From an uncultured bacterium (GTDB lineage Bacteria > Desulfobacterota_D > UBA1144 > Nemesobacterales > UBA2774): a stretch of 64,000 nucleotides of DNA. Below, piece after piece: positions 27,898-37,793 of the stretch; position 1 is the first letter of the stretch; the number at the start of each line of letters is the position of its first letter. The DNA lies in the NCBI GenBank assembly GCA_963825135.1, contig CAWGRW010000009.1, forward strand, positions 1,056,001-1,120,000. The letters run 5' to 3'. Below the pieces are notes generated by a model. That model had not been told where the DNA came from, made no database searches, and saw only the letters and a list, made by a program, of their open reading frames with translations. A program made the position numbers and the translations under genes.

Positions 27898-28076
27898 TTA
27901 TAGCATTCTCCGTGAATATTGAAACAATTTACCTGTTATTGCGCATGAAAGGGAGATATTATAACCATAGACACACCGATAAGATATAAAGCTCGATCGG
28001 GGTCGATAAAACCCCCTTTTTCCCGCATTCGCAGGAATTGCGGACCCGGCCGTCTCTTTTACAGCCGCATCCCGGA

Positions 28077-29102
28077 CTAGGAGACCTCCGGGAGCACCTT
28101 TTCCGTAAACAATTTCATAGACCTCATTGCCTCTTCATGGCTGATGCCCGGGAACTTGAATCGGCATATGAGGTTGTTCACGGGCAATTCTTCTCTGTAT
28201 CGCACAATCGCTTCGACGCACTCCTCGGGGGTGCCGATTATCGATTGCTCCCTCGCGATGTCGTAGAGCACCGGGTCGTTCGGGTCGGAAAGTAAATTCC
28301 CTTGACGGTCAACCATGGAGCCCCAGGACGCGTACCCTTTGGCGGTATAGGTGACGTTTTCTTTTATCTTTTCCCATATTTTGTCGCTCTTTTGATCGGA
28401 TATGTAAATTTCCCTGACCAGAGGCTTTTCAAATTCATCCGGATTCCTGCCGTACTCTTTGAGAAACGAGCTGTGCATGTCGAAGAGATATTTCACGATC
28501 GGTATTATGCCTATCGCGGGCACAAAGAGCGGAGCCCCGATCCTCGCCGCTCTCCTGATGGCGGGTTCAGTAAAAGCGCCTATCCATATGGGTATCGGTT
28601 TCTGCACGGGCTTGGGCGTAACGCTTATGTTCTCGAGATTGTGATACTTCCCTTTAAAATTAAACGGCTCCTCGCCCCAGCTCCTGTTCAATATCTCGAT
28701 GCTCTCCTCCATGCGTCCCCTTCTTTCTCCGAGCGATCTCCCGAATCCAGCGAACTCCTCGGGCCGGTAGCCGAGCCCGATGCCGAGTATCAGCCTCCCC
28801 CCGGATATTAGGTCGACGACAGCGGCGTCTTCCGCTACGCGCACCGGGTCGTGCAGCGGCATAAGGAGAACCCCGGTTCCAATGCGGATTCTTTGGGTCC
28901 TGGCGGCGATGGCAGCGGCGGTGACGAGAAGGGACGGACAATAGCCGTCCTTCAGGAAATGGTGCTCGGTGAGCCAGGCGGAATCGAAACCCATCTGATC
29001 GGCTGCGCTGATTTCGTCGAGCATCTCCGCATAGAGCTCCCTGTGGGGTCTCGGGTTAAACGGGGGTGATTGAAGACTGAAATATCCTATCCCGAATTTC
29101 AT
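28077..29102 (-). CDS. LLM-class flavin-dependent oxidoreductase
   Basis: 'GFDSAWLTEHHF', 'PVRVAEDAAVVDLISGGRL', 'PKPVQKPIPIWIG'. Confidence 0.9.
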   Translation of the reverse strand: MKFGIGYFSLQSPPFNPRPHRELYAEMLDEISAADQMGFDSAWLTEHHFLKDGYCPSLLVTAAAIAARTQRIRIGTGVLLMPLHDPVRVAEDAAVVDLISGGRLILGIGLGYRPEEFAGFGRSLGERRGRMEESIEILNRSWGEEPFNFKGKYHNLENISVTPKPVQKPIPIWIGAFTEPAIRRAARIGAPLFVPAIGIIPIVKYLFDMHSSFLKEYGRNPDEFEKPLVREIYISDQKSDKIWEKIKENVTYTAKGYASWGSMVDRQGNLLSDPNDPVLYDIAREQSIIGTPEECVEAIVRYREELPVNNLICRFKFPGISHEEAMRSMKLFTEKVLPEVS

Positions 29103-29210
29103 AATGGTTCCTCCATCTTACATTCGCCTCTAAAAATTACGGCTCCGTCACAGCGGGCACAGACGATCCGGATTATTATAACCTGTATGGTTTTTAATTG
29201 GGAAGATTAA

Positions 29211-29251
29211 TAAGAAAACGGCCGGAGCGGGCGCGATCCCGCTCCGGCCGT
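29211..29251 (-). terminator. Rho-independent terminator after iscA
   Basis: 14-bp stem ACGGCCGGAGCGGG/CCCGCTCCGGCCGT with a U-tract on the minus strand. Confidence 0.85.
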
Positions 29252-29273
29252 CAGTGAGCTCTCAAGTTCAGTC

Positions 29274-29597
29274 TTATGCGTTAAAGGATTGCCCGCAGCC
29301 GCAGGACCCCTTTGCGTTCGGATTATTGATGGCAAATCCGGTTCCGTTGAGGCCGTCCTTATAATCGAGCACGGAGCCCTCCAGGTAAGGCAGGCTCAGT
29401 TCGTCGATTGCGACTTTGACCCCGCCGTTTTCGAAAAGCTTGTCGGAATCCGCGGTCTCGTCGTCAAATCCCATTTCATACGAAAAACCCGAACATCCGC
29501 CCGGAACCACCCTGACCCTCAACACGGCGTTCGGAATGTTCTCTTCCGATAACAGCTTCTTTATCTCTTCAGCAGCTTTTTCAGTTACGCTAAACAT
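29274..29597 (-). CDS. iscA: A-type Fe-S carrier (IscA/ErpA/HesB family)
   Basis: 'GGCSGFSY' and 'NPNAKGSCGCGQSF'. Confidence 0.9.
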   Translation of the reverse strand: MFSVTEKAAEEIKKLLSEENIPNAVLRVRVVPGGCSGFSYEMGFDDETADSDKLFENGGVKVAIDELSLPYLEGSVLDYKDGLNGTGFAINNPNAKGSCGCGQSFNA

Positions 29598-29628
29598 TTA
29601 TAACGGCCTCCCTGTATGAATTGAAGCA

Positions 29629-30120
29629 CTACTCTTCATTAGTATATGCATTCATAAACAAAATGGCAATTCCAAATAGCAGCACCGCGGAGTTGATTAT
29701 AACGGACCCGGTGTGGAGCTTGCTGAATTTATCATGTATTGCGGGATAGTTAGATGATTCCTCGGAGAGGCTCCTCATCTCCTCCCTTGCCTCGACCGCT
29801 TTCGGTCTCAATACCTGCCCCGCGTATAAAGCCAGGGCCAGCATGACCAGCAGAACGCCTAATTTAAGTCCGAACATTATACCCGGCTTATGCACATAAA
29901 AAATCCTGAGCATTATCGTGGTGAGGACTGCCGCCCCCCCGCATATATATGCGACGAGATAGTATTTCGGGAATATTTCGGATACTACGTTTCCCGCCGT
30001 CTCCTTCGGTAACACCTTGAAAATGCCGGGGGCGGCGAAGAACGAAAAGAAGAAGATGCTCCCTATCCAGAAGCTAACCGAGAGGCCATAAATAAATTTG
30101 AGCGCCGTCTGCATCGTCAT
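29629..30120 (-). CDS. DUF4149/TMEM205-like membrane protein
   Basis: 'WIGSIFFFSFFAAPGIFKVL…AGNVVSEIFPKYY' and 'FSKLH..SV'. Confidence 0.75.
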   Translation of the reverse strand: MTMQTALKFIYGLSVSFWIGSIFFFSFFAAPGIFKVLPKETAGNVVSEIFPKYYLVAYICGGAAVLTTIMLRIFYVHKPGIMFGLKLGVLLVMLALALYAGQVLRPKAVEAREEMRSLSEESSNYPAIHDKFSKLHTGSVIINSAVLLFGIAILFMNAYTNEE

Positions 30121-30587
30121 TTGAAATTGCAGTTATGCATCGTAATCTTGCACTGTTCTTCCTCACTCTGGGAAAACGATCCCGTCATGGATTCATAGGT
30201 TCCCGTGACGGTAAGGCTGCTTCCCTGAGGCGTATTGTCCAGTACGCTTTTGTATGTCGGGGGATTGCAATAACATTCCACTATCGGCCCGTGTTTCGTG
30301 ATGATTTCCATGGTAAAGCTCCCTTCCGGGAAATCCGTGCATAGCAGCGGGATTTTCCTCACGCTTGAGACCTCAACCGTGGTCTTCACAGTCTTGTCTT
30401 GATAGAGGTCGTTTGCCGACATCGGATAATCCAGATACAGTTCGCAAATCTGGTCGAGAGAGACCGTTTTTGCCGTGTCGCCGTTCTGTGCCAAAGAGAT
30501 TCTCCCGCCCGCGGTGATCAAGCAAAGCGTCAGCAGAAAAGCCGGTATAAATGCCGAATTTTTATAACTCATCATAACCCCTTTCAT
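30117..30587 (-). CDS. Exported OB-fold (tRNA_anti-like) protein
   Basis: Signal peptide, 'ANDLYQDKTVKTTVEV', 'GSSLTVTG..', terminal 'MHNC'. Confidence 0.55.
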   Translation of the reverse strand: MKGVMMSYKNSAFIPAFLLTLCLITAGGRISLAQNGDTAKTVSLDQICELYLDYPMSANDLYQDKTVKTTVEVSSVRKIPLLCTDFPEGSFTMEIITKHGPIVECYCNPPTYKSVLDNTPQGSSLTVTGTYESMTGSFSQSEEEQCKITMHNCNFK

Positions 30588-30746
30588 ATTTATAATTTAT
30601 TCCCCCCTATCACCACACATAATTATAACACGCACTGAGAGGATTATAATAAAGCACAGCTGATTCACCGGGAAGATGCTCTTCAATGCCGGCACCGCCT
30701 GGTTTTCACTTGATATGGATTAGCCTTGAGGTATAGTGTCAATTCA

Positions 30747-31880
30747 ATGAAAAAAGATACGTATCTCATAATAGACACGAGCGAAGATAACGCGGACCTC
30801 TATTACAGGACCGGTTTTTTTGTTCCCGATCCGGTCATTTATGTAGAGCATCGGGGGAAGAAGATTCTCGTGTTGAGCGACCTCGAAATAGACAGGGGCA
30901 GGAACGAGGCTTCCGTAGATCGGGTCATCTCGCTGACCGAGTACCAGAAAAGATTGATTGCGGAAAAAGTCAAAAAAGTGAAGCTCCTCGACGTTGCGGA
31001 TCTGGTCCTCAGGGATCTGAAAATTAAAAAGGTGACGGTACCCGGCAGATTTTCTGTAAAATACGCGGACGGGCTCAGGAACAGGGGTTACACAGTCATA
31101 CCGCGAGACGAAGAGCCGTTTTTTAAGGAGAGGCTCAGGAAGACGCCCCGTGAAGTCGTAATGATAAGCGGTTCCCTGAAAAAAACCGTAAAGGCCATGG
31201 ATATGGCGATAAAAATGATCGCCTCTTCCGAGATCCGGAAGAGCAGGCTTTATTTGAACGGCGCTCTCCTTACTTCTGAAAGGGTAAAGGGGGAGATAAA
31301 CGCCGAGCTCTCACGAATGGGGCTTACTGCGTCTCATACTATCGTCGCGTGCGGTGTACATTCGTCCATGCCGCATCACAGTGGCGAGGGCCCGATTTAT
31401 TCCGACAAGCCGGTCGTCATCGATATCTTCCCCAGGTCGCAAACAAACGGGTACTTCGGCGATATGACACGGACCGTCGTCAGGGGTGAGCCTTCGCCTG
31501 AGCTGGTAAGAATGTATGACACGGTTCTCCGGGGTCAGAAGCTCGCGATCGGTATGATAAAAGCGGGCGTCAGGGTCAGAGATATACACTCGGCCGTGGT
31601 GGATTATTTCAGAAGCCGCGGGTTCGAGACCGCAATGGCCGATGGAAAGATGCAGGGGTTTATACATTCGACCGGACATGGTCTCGGGCTTGAGATTCAC
31701 GAGCCCCCACGGATCGGGCTCGGCGATGAGGTTCTCGAGGCGGGGAACGTGGTAACTGTGGAGCCCGGGCTATATTACGAGAAAACCGGCGGGGTCAGGA
31801 TAGAAGACGTCGTTGTCGTCGAGAAGAACGGATGTATTAATCTCACCAAGTACCCTAAAAAACTTATAGCGAACATGTAG
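30747..31880 (+). CDS. Xaa-Pro aminopeptidase (M24B)
   Basis: 'MPHH', 'YFGDMTRT', 'HSTGHGLGLEIHE', 'TVEPGLY', 'GVRIED'. Confidence 0.9.
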   Translation: MKKDTYLIIDTSEDNADLYYRTGFFVPDPVIYVEHRGKKILVLSDLEIDRGRNEASVDRVISLTEYQKRLIAEKVKKVKLLDVADLVLRDLKIKKVTVPGRFSVKYADGLRNRGYTVIPRDEEPFFKERLRKTPREVVMISGSLKKTVKAMDMAIKMIASSEIRKSRLYLNGALLTSERVKGEINAELSRMGLTASHTIVACGVHSSMPHHSGEGPIYSDKPVVIDIFPRSQTNGYFGDMTRTVVRGEPSPELVRMYDTVLRGQKLAIGMIKAGVRVRDIHSAVVDYFRSRGFETAMADGKMQGFIHSTGHGLGLEIHEPPRIGLGDEVLEAGNVVTVEPGLYYEKTGGVRIEDVVVVEKNGCINLTKYPKKLIANM

Positions 31881-31908
31881 CTCTTTCTTTTAAGCCGGCA
31901 AGTAAAAA

Positions 31909-32499
31909 CTATTCCCACCATATCTCGAACCTGCAAGATTCGGAGTTCTTATAACGGCAGCCGCTCTGAACGATTTCCGCTGAATTCGCCCCCGCCAGAG
32001 TGAGGCCCGCTTTGAACCACTCGGGTACCGCAAAGTTGCAGACGGCAACCCCGGAAGCCCTGTTCTCATCCGCAATTTCATCGAGATAGAGAACCGAAAA
32101 ATTTTTTTCCTCGTCCAGCAGCTCAAGCTCCATCTGCCCGCTATCGAAATACCTGTTCCATAGCGACGGCGCGCTCTTAAGTATTACCGGCGGCGTTTTT
32201 AAATTCACCAGAGTGTCCAGCATGGGGCCAAGGTCCTTTCTGGCTATGTATTCGGCGACCGGTATGACCGATAAAAAGTCCCCGTTCCCGTGCACGATGT
32301 CGTAGGTATTGAGCAGGCGGTTCAGTAGCGGTGCCGGGTACCATTCCGTACTTATCAGACCGCTCTCCAATACTTCCGTATCGGAGTCGGGCAGATTATT
32401 TACAACCTTCCTCCATACGTCCATGCCGTGCGAGTTTATAATATATTCTTTCGCGTTGAATAAGATCGATCCTTTCGCATTGCCCGTTTTTTCAGTCAT
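31909..32499 (-). CDS. Hypothetical protein, DUF2378/TIGR02265-like or V4R-like
   Basis: 'KGSILF…HG…W…L…WYP', 'APSLWNRYFDSG' and C-terminal 'C….SCRFEIWW'. Confidence 0.5.
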   Translation of the reverse strand: MTEKTGNAKGSILFNAKEYIINSHGMDVWRKVVNNLPDSDTEVLESGLISTEWYPAPLLNRLLNTYDIVHGNGDFLSVIPVAEYIARKDLGPMLDTLVNLKTPPVILKSAPSLWNRYFDSGQMELELLDEEKNFSVLYLDEIADENRASGVAVCNFAVPEWFKAGLTLAGANSAEIVQSGCRYKNSESCRFEIWWE

Positions 32500-32620
32500 A
32501 TTAAATTATCGGTAATGATAAATAATAGTCTTCATGTATGCTCATCAGGTTGTTTAATTTTAGTGTTATCGCCGATCGTTAATTATTTCACTTTCAATTA
32601 TGTACGATAAAGGAGAGATT

Positions 32621-33391
32621 ATGAAGAAGTCTTTTGAGGACCTGGTAAATTTATCGATGCATTTGCGGGGCCCCGAGGGCTGCCCATGGGACAGGGAACA
32701 GACGCTCGAGACGTTAAAATCTTATATAATTGAAGAGGCTTACGAAGTAATACAGGCCATAGAGTCCGGGGATAAAGACGAGCTCGTCGAGGAGCTGGGC
32801 GACCTCTTTTACGAAGTCCTTTTTGCCTCGCAGATCGCGGAAGACAACGGGGATTTCGGCATAGATGACGTAATCGACAGGCTCCATAACAAACTCGTGA
32901 GGAGGCACCCCCACGTGTTCGGCGAGGAGAAGGCGGCAAACGCCGAAGAGGCCGTAAAGAGATGGCACTCCCAGAAGCTCAAGGAGAAATCAAGGAAGAG
33001 GAGGCTCCTCCACATCCCCCGCACGATGCCGTCCCTGCTGAGGGCGCAGAGGGTGGGCGAAAAGGCCTCTCAGGTGGGATTCGACTGGAGCGGCGCCGGC
33101 GAGGTGATAGCCAAGGTGAAGGAGGAGCTCTCGGAGCTCGAGGTTGAGATGAAGAATGGGGACGTCGCCGGGATCGAGAAAGAGTGGGGGGACCTTGTTT
33201 TTTCTCTCGTCAACTTGGGGAGGCATTTGAAGATAGATGCCGAGGGCACGGCCCACAAGGCAATCGACGGCTTCATAGAGCGGTTCGGAAAAATAGAAGA
33301 CAAGGCGGAAGCCCGCGGTAAAGAGCTCTCTGAGTTATCGCTTGCGGAGATGGACGAGCTCTGGGAAGAGGTGAAGCGTGAACACACATAG
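32621..33391 (+). CDS. mazG: Nucleoside triphosphate pyrophosphohydrolase
   Basis: 'GCPWDREQT', 'EEAYE', 'EELGDL', 'KLVRRHPHVF', 'GFDW'. RBS AAGGAG. Confidence 0.95.
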   Translation: MKKSFEDLVNLSMHLRGPEGCPWDREQTLETLKSYIIEEAYEVIQAIESGDKDELVEELGDLFYEVLFASQIAEDNGDFGIDDVIDRLHNKLVRRHPHVFGEEKAANAEEAVKRWHSQKLKEKSRKRRLLHIPRTMPSLLRAQRVGEKASQVGFDWSGAGEVIAKVKEELSELEVEMKNGDVAGIEKEWGDLVFSLVNLGRHLKIDAEGTAHKAIDGFIERFGKIEDKAEARGKELSELSLAEMDELWEEVKREHT

Positions 33392-33617
33392 TGTGGTTTT
33401 ATGATTTCTTCTAATTCCGCCGGTTAATCCAAACAATCGAAGCAAATCCTGTTCATCCTTTCTTTAACTTCCCCCCGCCTCTATAAAAGGGGGAACAGTT
33501 ACAAGCAAGCGCGCAACTGGTCGCTCTCCCAACAAAGTCACTGACGCCAAATAATTCTAGGCTTGGCGATCGTTAAAACAAAATAGTTAGGGTGGGGGTG
33601 TACCTCAAAATAAATCC

Positions 33618-33644
33618 GTCATGCTGAAACAAGTTCAGCATCTC
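33618..33644. repeat. REP-like palindrome
   Basis: GTC-ATGCTGAA-acaag-TTCAGCAT-CTC in the 330-bp convergent intergenic region. Confidence 0.55.
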
Positions 33645-33725
33645 ATTTTTGACATCCTCTTCCAGGATATCGCTTACAAACGGTGACCCTGATAAAATGT
33701 GCGGCCGGAAAGAGCCAGATGATTC

Positions 33726-34937
33726 CTAAATCTCTCGTCCCACCAGCATCCCGAGGAGCTTCCACCCTTCGGATATGTATACGGGAGAAGTGCTTGCCGA
33801 TTTCTCAGTGTAGACAAAAGAGTCGTTCTTTACACTCTCGTCCTCCGAGCTGTATATCGCAAAGGGCACGGGCTCGTTCACGTGCGTCCTGAGGTCGATC
33901 GGCGTCGGATGGTCCGACATAACGAGTATCTTATAGTCCCCGAACCTCTTTATCCCTTCGAGCACCCGTCCCACGACGCGCCCGTCGAAGTCCTCTATCG
34001 CCTGAATCTTCAACTCCGCCTTTCCGACGTGACCCGTCTCGTCGGTTGATTCTATATGTATCATGGTCAGATCCACTTCTTCTAAAGAGTCGAGAGCATA
34101 ATCGACCTTGCCCTCGTAGTTCGTATCCAGGTATCCTGTCGCCCCGGGAACGTCTATCACCTTCAGCTTCGCGCATAGCCCGATCCCTTTTACCAGGTCG
34201 ACGGCCGAGATTACCGAGCCCGTGAGCCCGTAGAGCTCCTTGAAAGACGGCATCTTTGGCGGCACACCCTGCCCCCAGAGCCATATGCTCGTAGCCGGGT
34301 TCTTCCCTTCGGCGACCCTCTTTTTGTTGACCGGATGGTCTTTCAGTATCTCCCTCGACCGCTCTATCAATTCGTTCAGTTTTTCAGTCCCCTCTCCTGA
34401 CGGTATGAAGGGGCCTACTTCCCTCCCCGATATATCGTGCGGCGGGGTCGTATGGATGTCCGCGTTCCCGCCCGACCATACGAGGAGGTGCCTGTAGCTC
34501 ACTCCTGGAAAAAACGTGAGGTTTTTCTCGTCGAGCTCTTTTTTCAGGTCGATTATTATCGCCCGTGCCTCTTCCGTGGTGATGTGCCCCGAGCTGTAGT
34601 CCTCCATTGTCAAGCCCCCGTCTCGCGGAGCGAGGGTAACGAGATTGCACCTGAGCGTAACGTCTCCCTCGCTAAGAGGCACGCCAATGCTCGCGGCCTC
34701 GAGAGGGGACCTGCCGGTGTAATAGAGGTTCGGGTTATACCCGAGGACAGTCAGGTTGCCGACGTCGCTTCCGGGAGGGAGGTTGTCGGGGATTGTTTTG
34801 ACCATGCCGAATTTGATTGCGGATTTGGCTATCCTGTCGAGGTTTGGAGTCCTCGCCGCCTCGAGCGGGGTCTTTCCGCCTAACTCCGGCAGAGGGTGGT
34901 CCGGCATCCCGTCGCCCTGCAGTATCACGTATTTCAT
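33726..34937 (-). CDS. apgM: Cofactor-independent phosphoglycerate mutase (ApgM type)
   Basis: 'GDGMPD…GKTPLEAA.TPNLD', 'PGSDV', 'YTGRSPLEA', 'TDETGH', 'SDHPTP'. Confidence 0.9.
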   Translation of the reverse strand: MKYVILQGDGMPDHPLPELGGKTPLEAARTPNLDRIAKSAIKFGMVKTIPDNLPPGSDVGNLTVLGYNPNLYYTGRSPLEAASIGVPLSEGDVTLRCNLVTLAPRDGGLTMEDYSSGHITTEEARAIIIDLKKELDEKNLTFFPGVSYRHLLVWSGGNADIHTTPPHDISGREVGPFIPSGEGTEKLNELIERSREILKDHPVNKKRVAEGKNPATSIWLWGQGVPPKMPSFKELYGLTGSVISAVDLVKGIGLCAKLKVIDVPGATGYLDTNYEGKVDYALDSLEEVDLTMIHIESTDETGHVGKAELKIQAIEDFDGRVVGRVLEGIKRFGDYKILVMSDHPTPIDLRTHVNEPVPFAIYSSEDESVKNDSFVYTEKSASTSPVYISEGWKLLGMLVGREI

Positions 34938-35036
34938 AGGGATAAGAATTTAAATGCTTTTGGGGAATTATCAAGAAGAAAACGAGCGGATGTATACGTC
35001 CGAAAGGCTTGCGACTTTGGCGCCGCGCAGCGTATT

Positions 35037-35966
35037 TCAGGAGAGCGTGCGGCCGGACATCTTCAGCACCTGCTTCTCCGCGTGGTAGGAGCTTCTGACG
35101 AGGGGGCCTGATTCGACATGCGGTATGCCGATGATGCTCTCGCCGTAAGTTTTAAGGGATTCGAACTCCATCGGGTGGTAGAACTTCGATACCGGCAGGT
35201 GCTCGTTCGTGGGCTGGAGGTACTGGCCGATAGTCACTATATCGCACCCGGCTTTCTTCAAGTCCCCGAGGGTTTCTATCACCTCGTCCATCTCTTCGCC
35301 GAGCCCGACCATGATGCCGGATTTCGTAAGCATGCCCTCGTGCCCTAGCTCCTTTCCCTCCGCGAGCACCTTGAGCGACCAGTCGTAATTCGCCTGGGGC
35401 CTTACAGACCTTCTTCCGCCTGAAGGAGTCAGCTGCGGGTAACGGTATAGTCGAGGCACGGTTTCGATATTGTGATTGAGTACGTCGGGTCTCGCTTCGA
35501 GGATTTCCATAAGCGCGCTCGACTCACCCTTAAAATCGGGAATGAGGACCTCTATCTTCACGGATGGGTTCTCATCCCTAACCCGCCTTATGGTCTCGGC
35601 GAATATGCGGGCGCTCTCGTAGTTCTTATCGTCCCTGTTGACGGATGTGATCACGATGTGTGTTACGTAAGCGTTATTCCGGGTGAGGTCCTTCACCGCC
35701 TCGGCCACTCTGAGTGGTTCGTTCCAGTCGAGCTCCCCGCCTCTCCCCGTTTTCACATGGCAAAAGCCGCAGCTCCTTGTGCATGTATCTCCCAAGATCA
35801 TGAACGTCAGCGTGCCCGCGCCCCAGCACTCCCCTATGTTGGGACACCTGGCCTCCTCGCATACGGTATGGAGGTTGAGAGTCCTCATAAGGTTCTTAAG
35901 GTGGGTGTAGTTGGGACCCTTGGGAAGCTGAGCCTTGATCCAGCCTGGTTTTCCTGTGTTCCTCAT
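35037..35966 (-). CDS. lipA: Lipoyl synthase
   Basis: 'CEEARCPNIGEC', 'CTRSCGFC', 'GQYLQP', 'VRSSYHA'. Confidence 0.96.
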   Translation of the reverse strand: MRNTGKPGWIKAQLPKGPNYTHLKNLMRTLNLHTVCEEARCPNIGECWGAGTLTFMILGDTCTRSCGFCHVKTGRGGELDWNEPLRVAEAVKDLTRNNAYVTHIVITSVNRDDKNYESARIFAETIRRVRDENPSVKIEVLIPDFKGESSALMEILEARPDVLNHNIETVPRLYRYPQLTPSGGRRSVRPQANYDWSLKVLAEGKELGHEGMLTKSGIMVGLGEEMDEVIETLGDLKKAGCDIVTIGQYLQPTNEHLPVSKFYHPMEFESLKTYGESIIGIPHVESGPLVRSSYHAEKQVLKMSGRTLS

Positions 35967-36029
35967 ATCGATATTTAAAATCGCCCGCGGGCGCGGTACT
36001 CGGACACATATCCGGGCCCGTCGAATATT

Positions 36030-36413
36030 TCAGCCGTTTTGAGACGGGCTGTCCATCGCGGACGGCGGGGTAAAAGGAGAAGATCCCGGCTTTTTCAGCT
36101 TGTCTTCTCTCTGTTTTTCGTCGAGGAGCTCCCTGTTCCTGGCTTCGAGCTCCCTTATTCGTCTCGATTTTTCTTTCGTGTCCGAGCTCGCGCTTATCGA
36201 CTGCATCGCGCCGAAAATAACCGCAACGACTGCGCCGAACACGAACGCGGCCAGTATTATAACCACGTTCATCGTTATATATGGCCCTATGTTGATTATC
36301 TTGAGGTTGAGTCCGAGCTCAAACTCCTGAGTAAACATGGCCATGTTTTGTGTATAAAGGATTGCGAAAAAGATTATTATCAATATTATGAACAGAACTT
36401 TTATAAATCTCAT
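36030..36413 (-). CDS. LapA-family membrane protein
   Basis: TM ending in 'QN', second TM 'AAFVFG', coiled coil, and typical position after rpsA/sppA/HIT. Confidence 0.65.
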   Translation of the reverse strand: MRFIKVLFIILIIIFFAILYTQNMAMFTQEFELGLNLKIINIGPYITMNVVIILAAFVFGAVVAVIFGAMQSISASSDTKEKSRRIRELEARNRELLDEKQREDKLKKPGSSPFTPPSAMDSPSQNG

Positions 36414-36417
36414 ATCG

Positions 36418-36903
36418 TCACCTCTCTAAAGATTTTAAATGCTCTTTCAGAGTCTCGTATGTGTCTTCGAGGTATTCCGGCATAACCCTGAGGTCGCCGA
36501 TTACCGGCATAAAATTATTGTCCCCGCTCCACCTGGGCACGATGTGGAAATGGAGGTGGTCGTCTATGCCCGCCCCGCCCGTCTTGCCGAGGTTCATGCC
36601 GATATTGAACCCTTCAGGTTCGATGACTTTAAGGATATCGATGCATTTGGCGGTAAGGTTCATGAGTTCGAGTCTTTCTTCCTGAGTCAGGTCGGAGAAA
36701 TTATTTGTGTGTTTATAAGGGACGGTCATAAGGTGCCCGTTCGAATATGGGTAACGGTTCATGATAATGAAACTTGTTTCACCAGTATATAGTATGAGAT
36801 TATCTTTGTCATTCCCTTCTTTGGGTTTCTTGCAAAAGATACAACCCTCTTCCTTATCCCCCGTTATATATTTTATCCTCCAGGGCGCCCAGAGCACTTT
36901 CAT
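36418..36903 (-). CDS. HIT-family hydrolase (FHIT/Ap4A type)
   Basis: 'LWAPWR..YI', 'CIFC', 'YPYSNGH', 'HLHFHIVPRW'. Confidence 0.92.
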   Translation of the reverse strand: MKVLWAPWRIKYITGDKEEGCIFCKKPKEGNDKDNLILYTGETSFIIMNRYPYSNGHLMTVPYKHTNNFSDLTQEERLELMNLTAKCIDILKVIEPEGFNIGMNLGKTGGAGIDDHLHFHIVPRWSGDNNFMPVIGDLRVMPEYLEDTYETLKEHLKSLER

Positions 36904-36905
36904 AA

Positions 36906-37793
36906 TCAGTTAATTATATCAACCAGATAGAAAAGTCCAAAGCCGTATTTGGACGGCATGCTAGTTATGCCGGGTATATCCAATTTGGATTCGAGGAGTT
37001 CCATGAATTGGGATTTCTTTTTCGGATAATAAACAAGGTTCGGCTGCCCCTTTATTCCGGCCTTTTTCGCCGCGAGGTCTATGGCGTCGTTTAATGTGCC
37101 CGTCTCGTCTATGAGTTTCAGCTCTTTCGCCTGCTCTCCGGTGAATATCTTTCCGTCTGCGATTTTGTCCACCTGGGCCGCATTGAGGCCCCTCGACTCC
37201 GCGACCGCCGACTTGAACTGGGAGTAGACGTTATTTATCAGCCCCTGCATATATTCCCTGTCTTCGACGGTCATTTCCCTGAACGGAGAGCCGACGTCTT
37301 TATACCTGCCGCTCTTGATCACTTCCACGTCCACCCTGGCCCATTCCAGAAGCTTTTCATAGTTCGCAAACTCCGCGACCACGCCTATGCTGCCCGTAAT
37401 CGTCCCCGGGTTCGCGTATATCTTCTCCGCGGCGCACGCGATGTAATAACCGCCCGAGGCGCCGACGTTGCCTATGCTCGCTATTACGGGCATATCTTTT
37501 CTCAGTTTCTTGAGCTCGCTGTATATCTCCTGCGAAGGTCCTACGGCGCCGCCCGGAGAATCGATTCTTACCACGACGGCTTTAACCTGCTTGTCTTCCT
37601 TTATCTTGGTGATACTGTCCAGATACGACTGGTCGTCGAGAATAACATCTTCAACCTTAAGCACAGCGACCTTGTCTCCGCCCGAAAAGCCACCCTTTCC
37701 GGACATGATGAATCCGGAGCCTATCCCCGCTATGAATGTGAAGATTAGGAGGATGATCACAGCGATTACGATGAATACATTCCGCACCCTCAA
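36906..37793 (-). CDS. sppA: Signal peptide peptidase SppA (36K type)
   Basis: 'DSPGG', 'ASGGYY', 'TGSIGV', 'KSGRYKD'. Confidence 0.93.
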   Translation of the reverse strand: MRVRNVFIVIAVIILLIFTFIAGIGSGFIMSGKGGFSGGDKVAVLKVEDVILDDQSYLDSITKIKEDKQVKAVVVRIDSPGGAVGPSQEIYSELKKLRKDMPVIASIGNVGASGGYYIACAAEKIYANPGTITGSIGVVAEFANYEKLLEWARVDVEVIKSGRYKDVGSPFREMTVEDREYMQGLINNVYSQFKSAVAESRGLNAAQVDKIADGKIFTGEQAKELKLIDETGTLNDAIDLAAKKAGIKGQPNLVYYPKKKSQFMELLESKLDIPGITSMPSKYGFGLFYLVDIIN

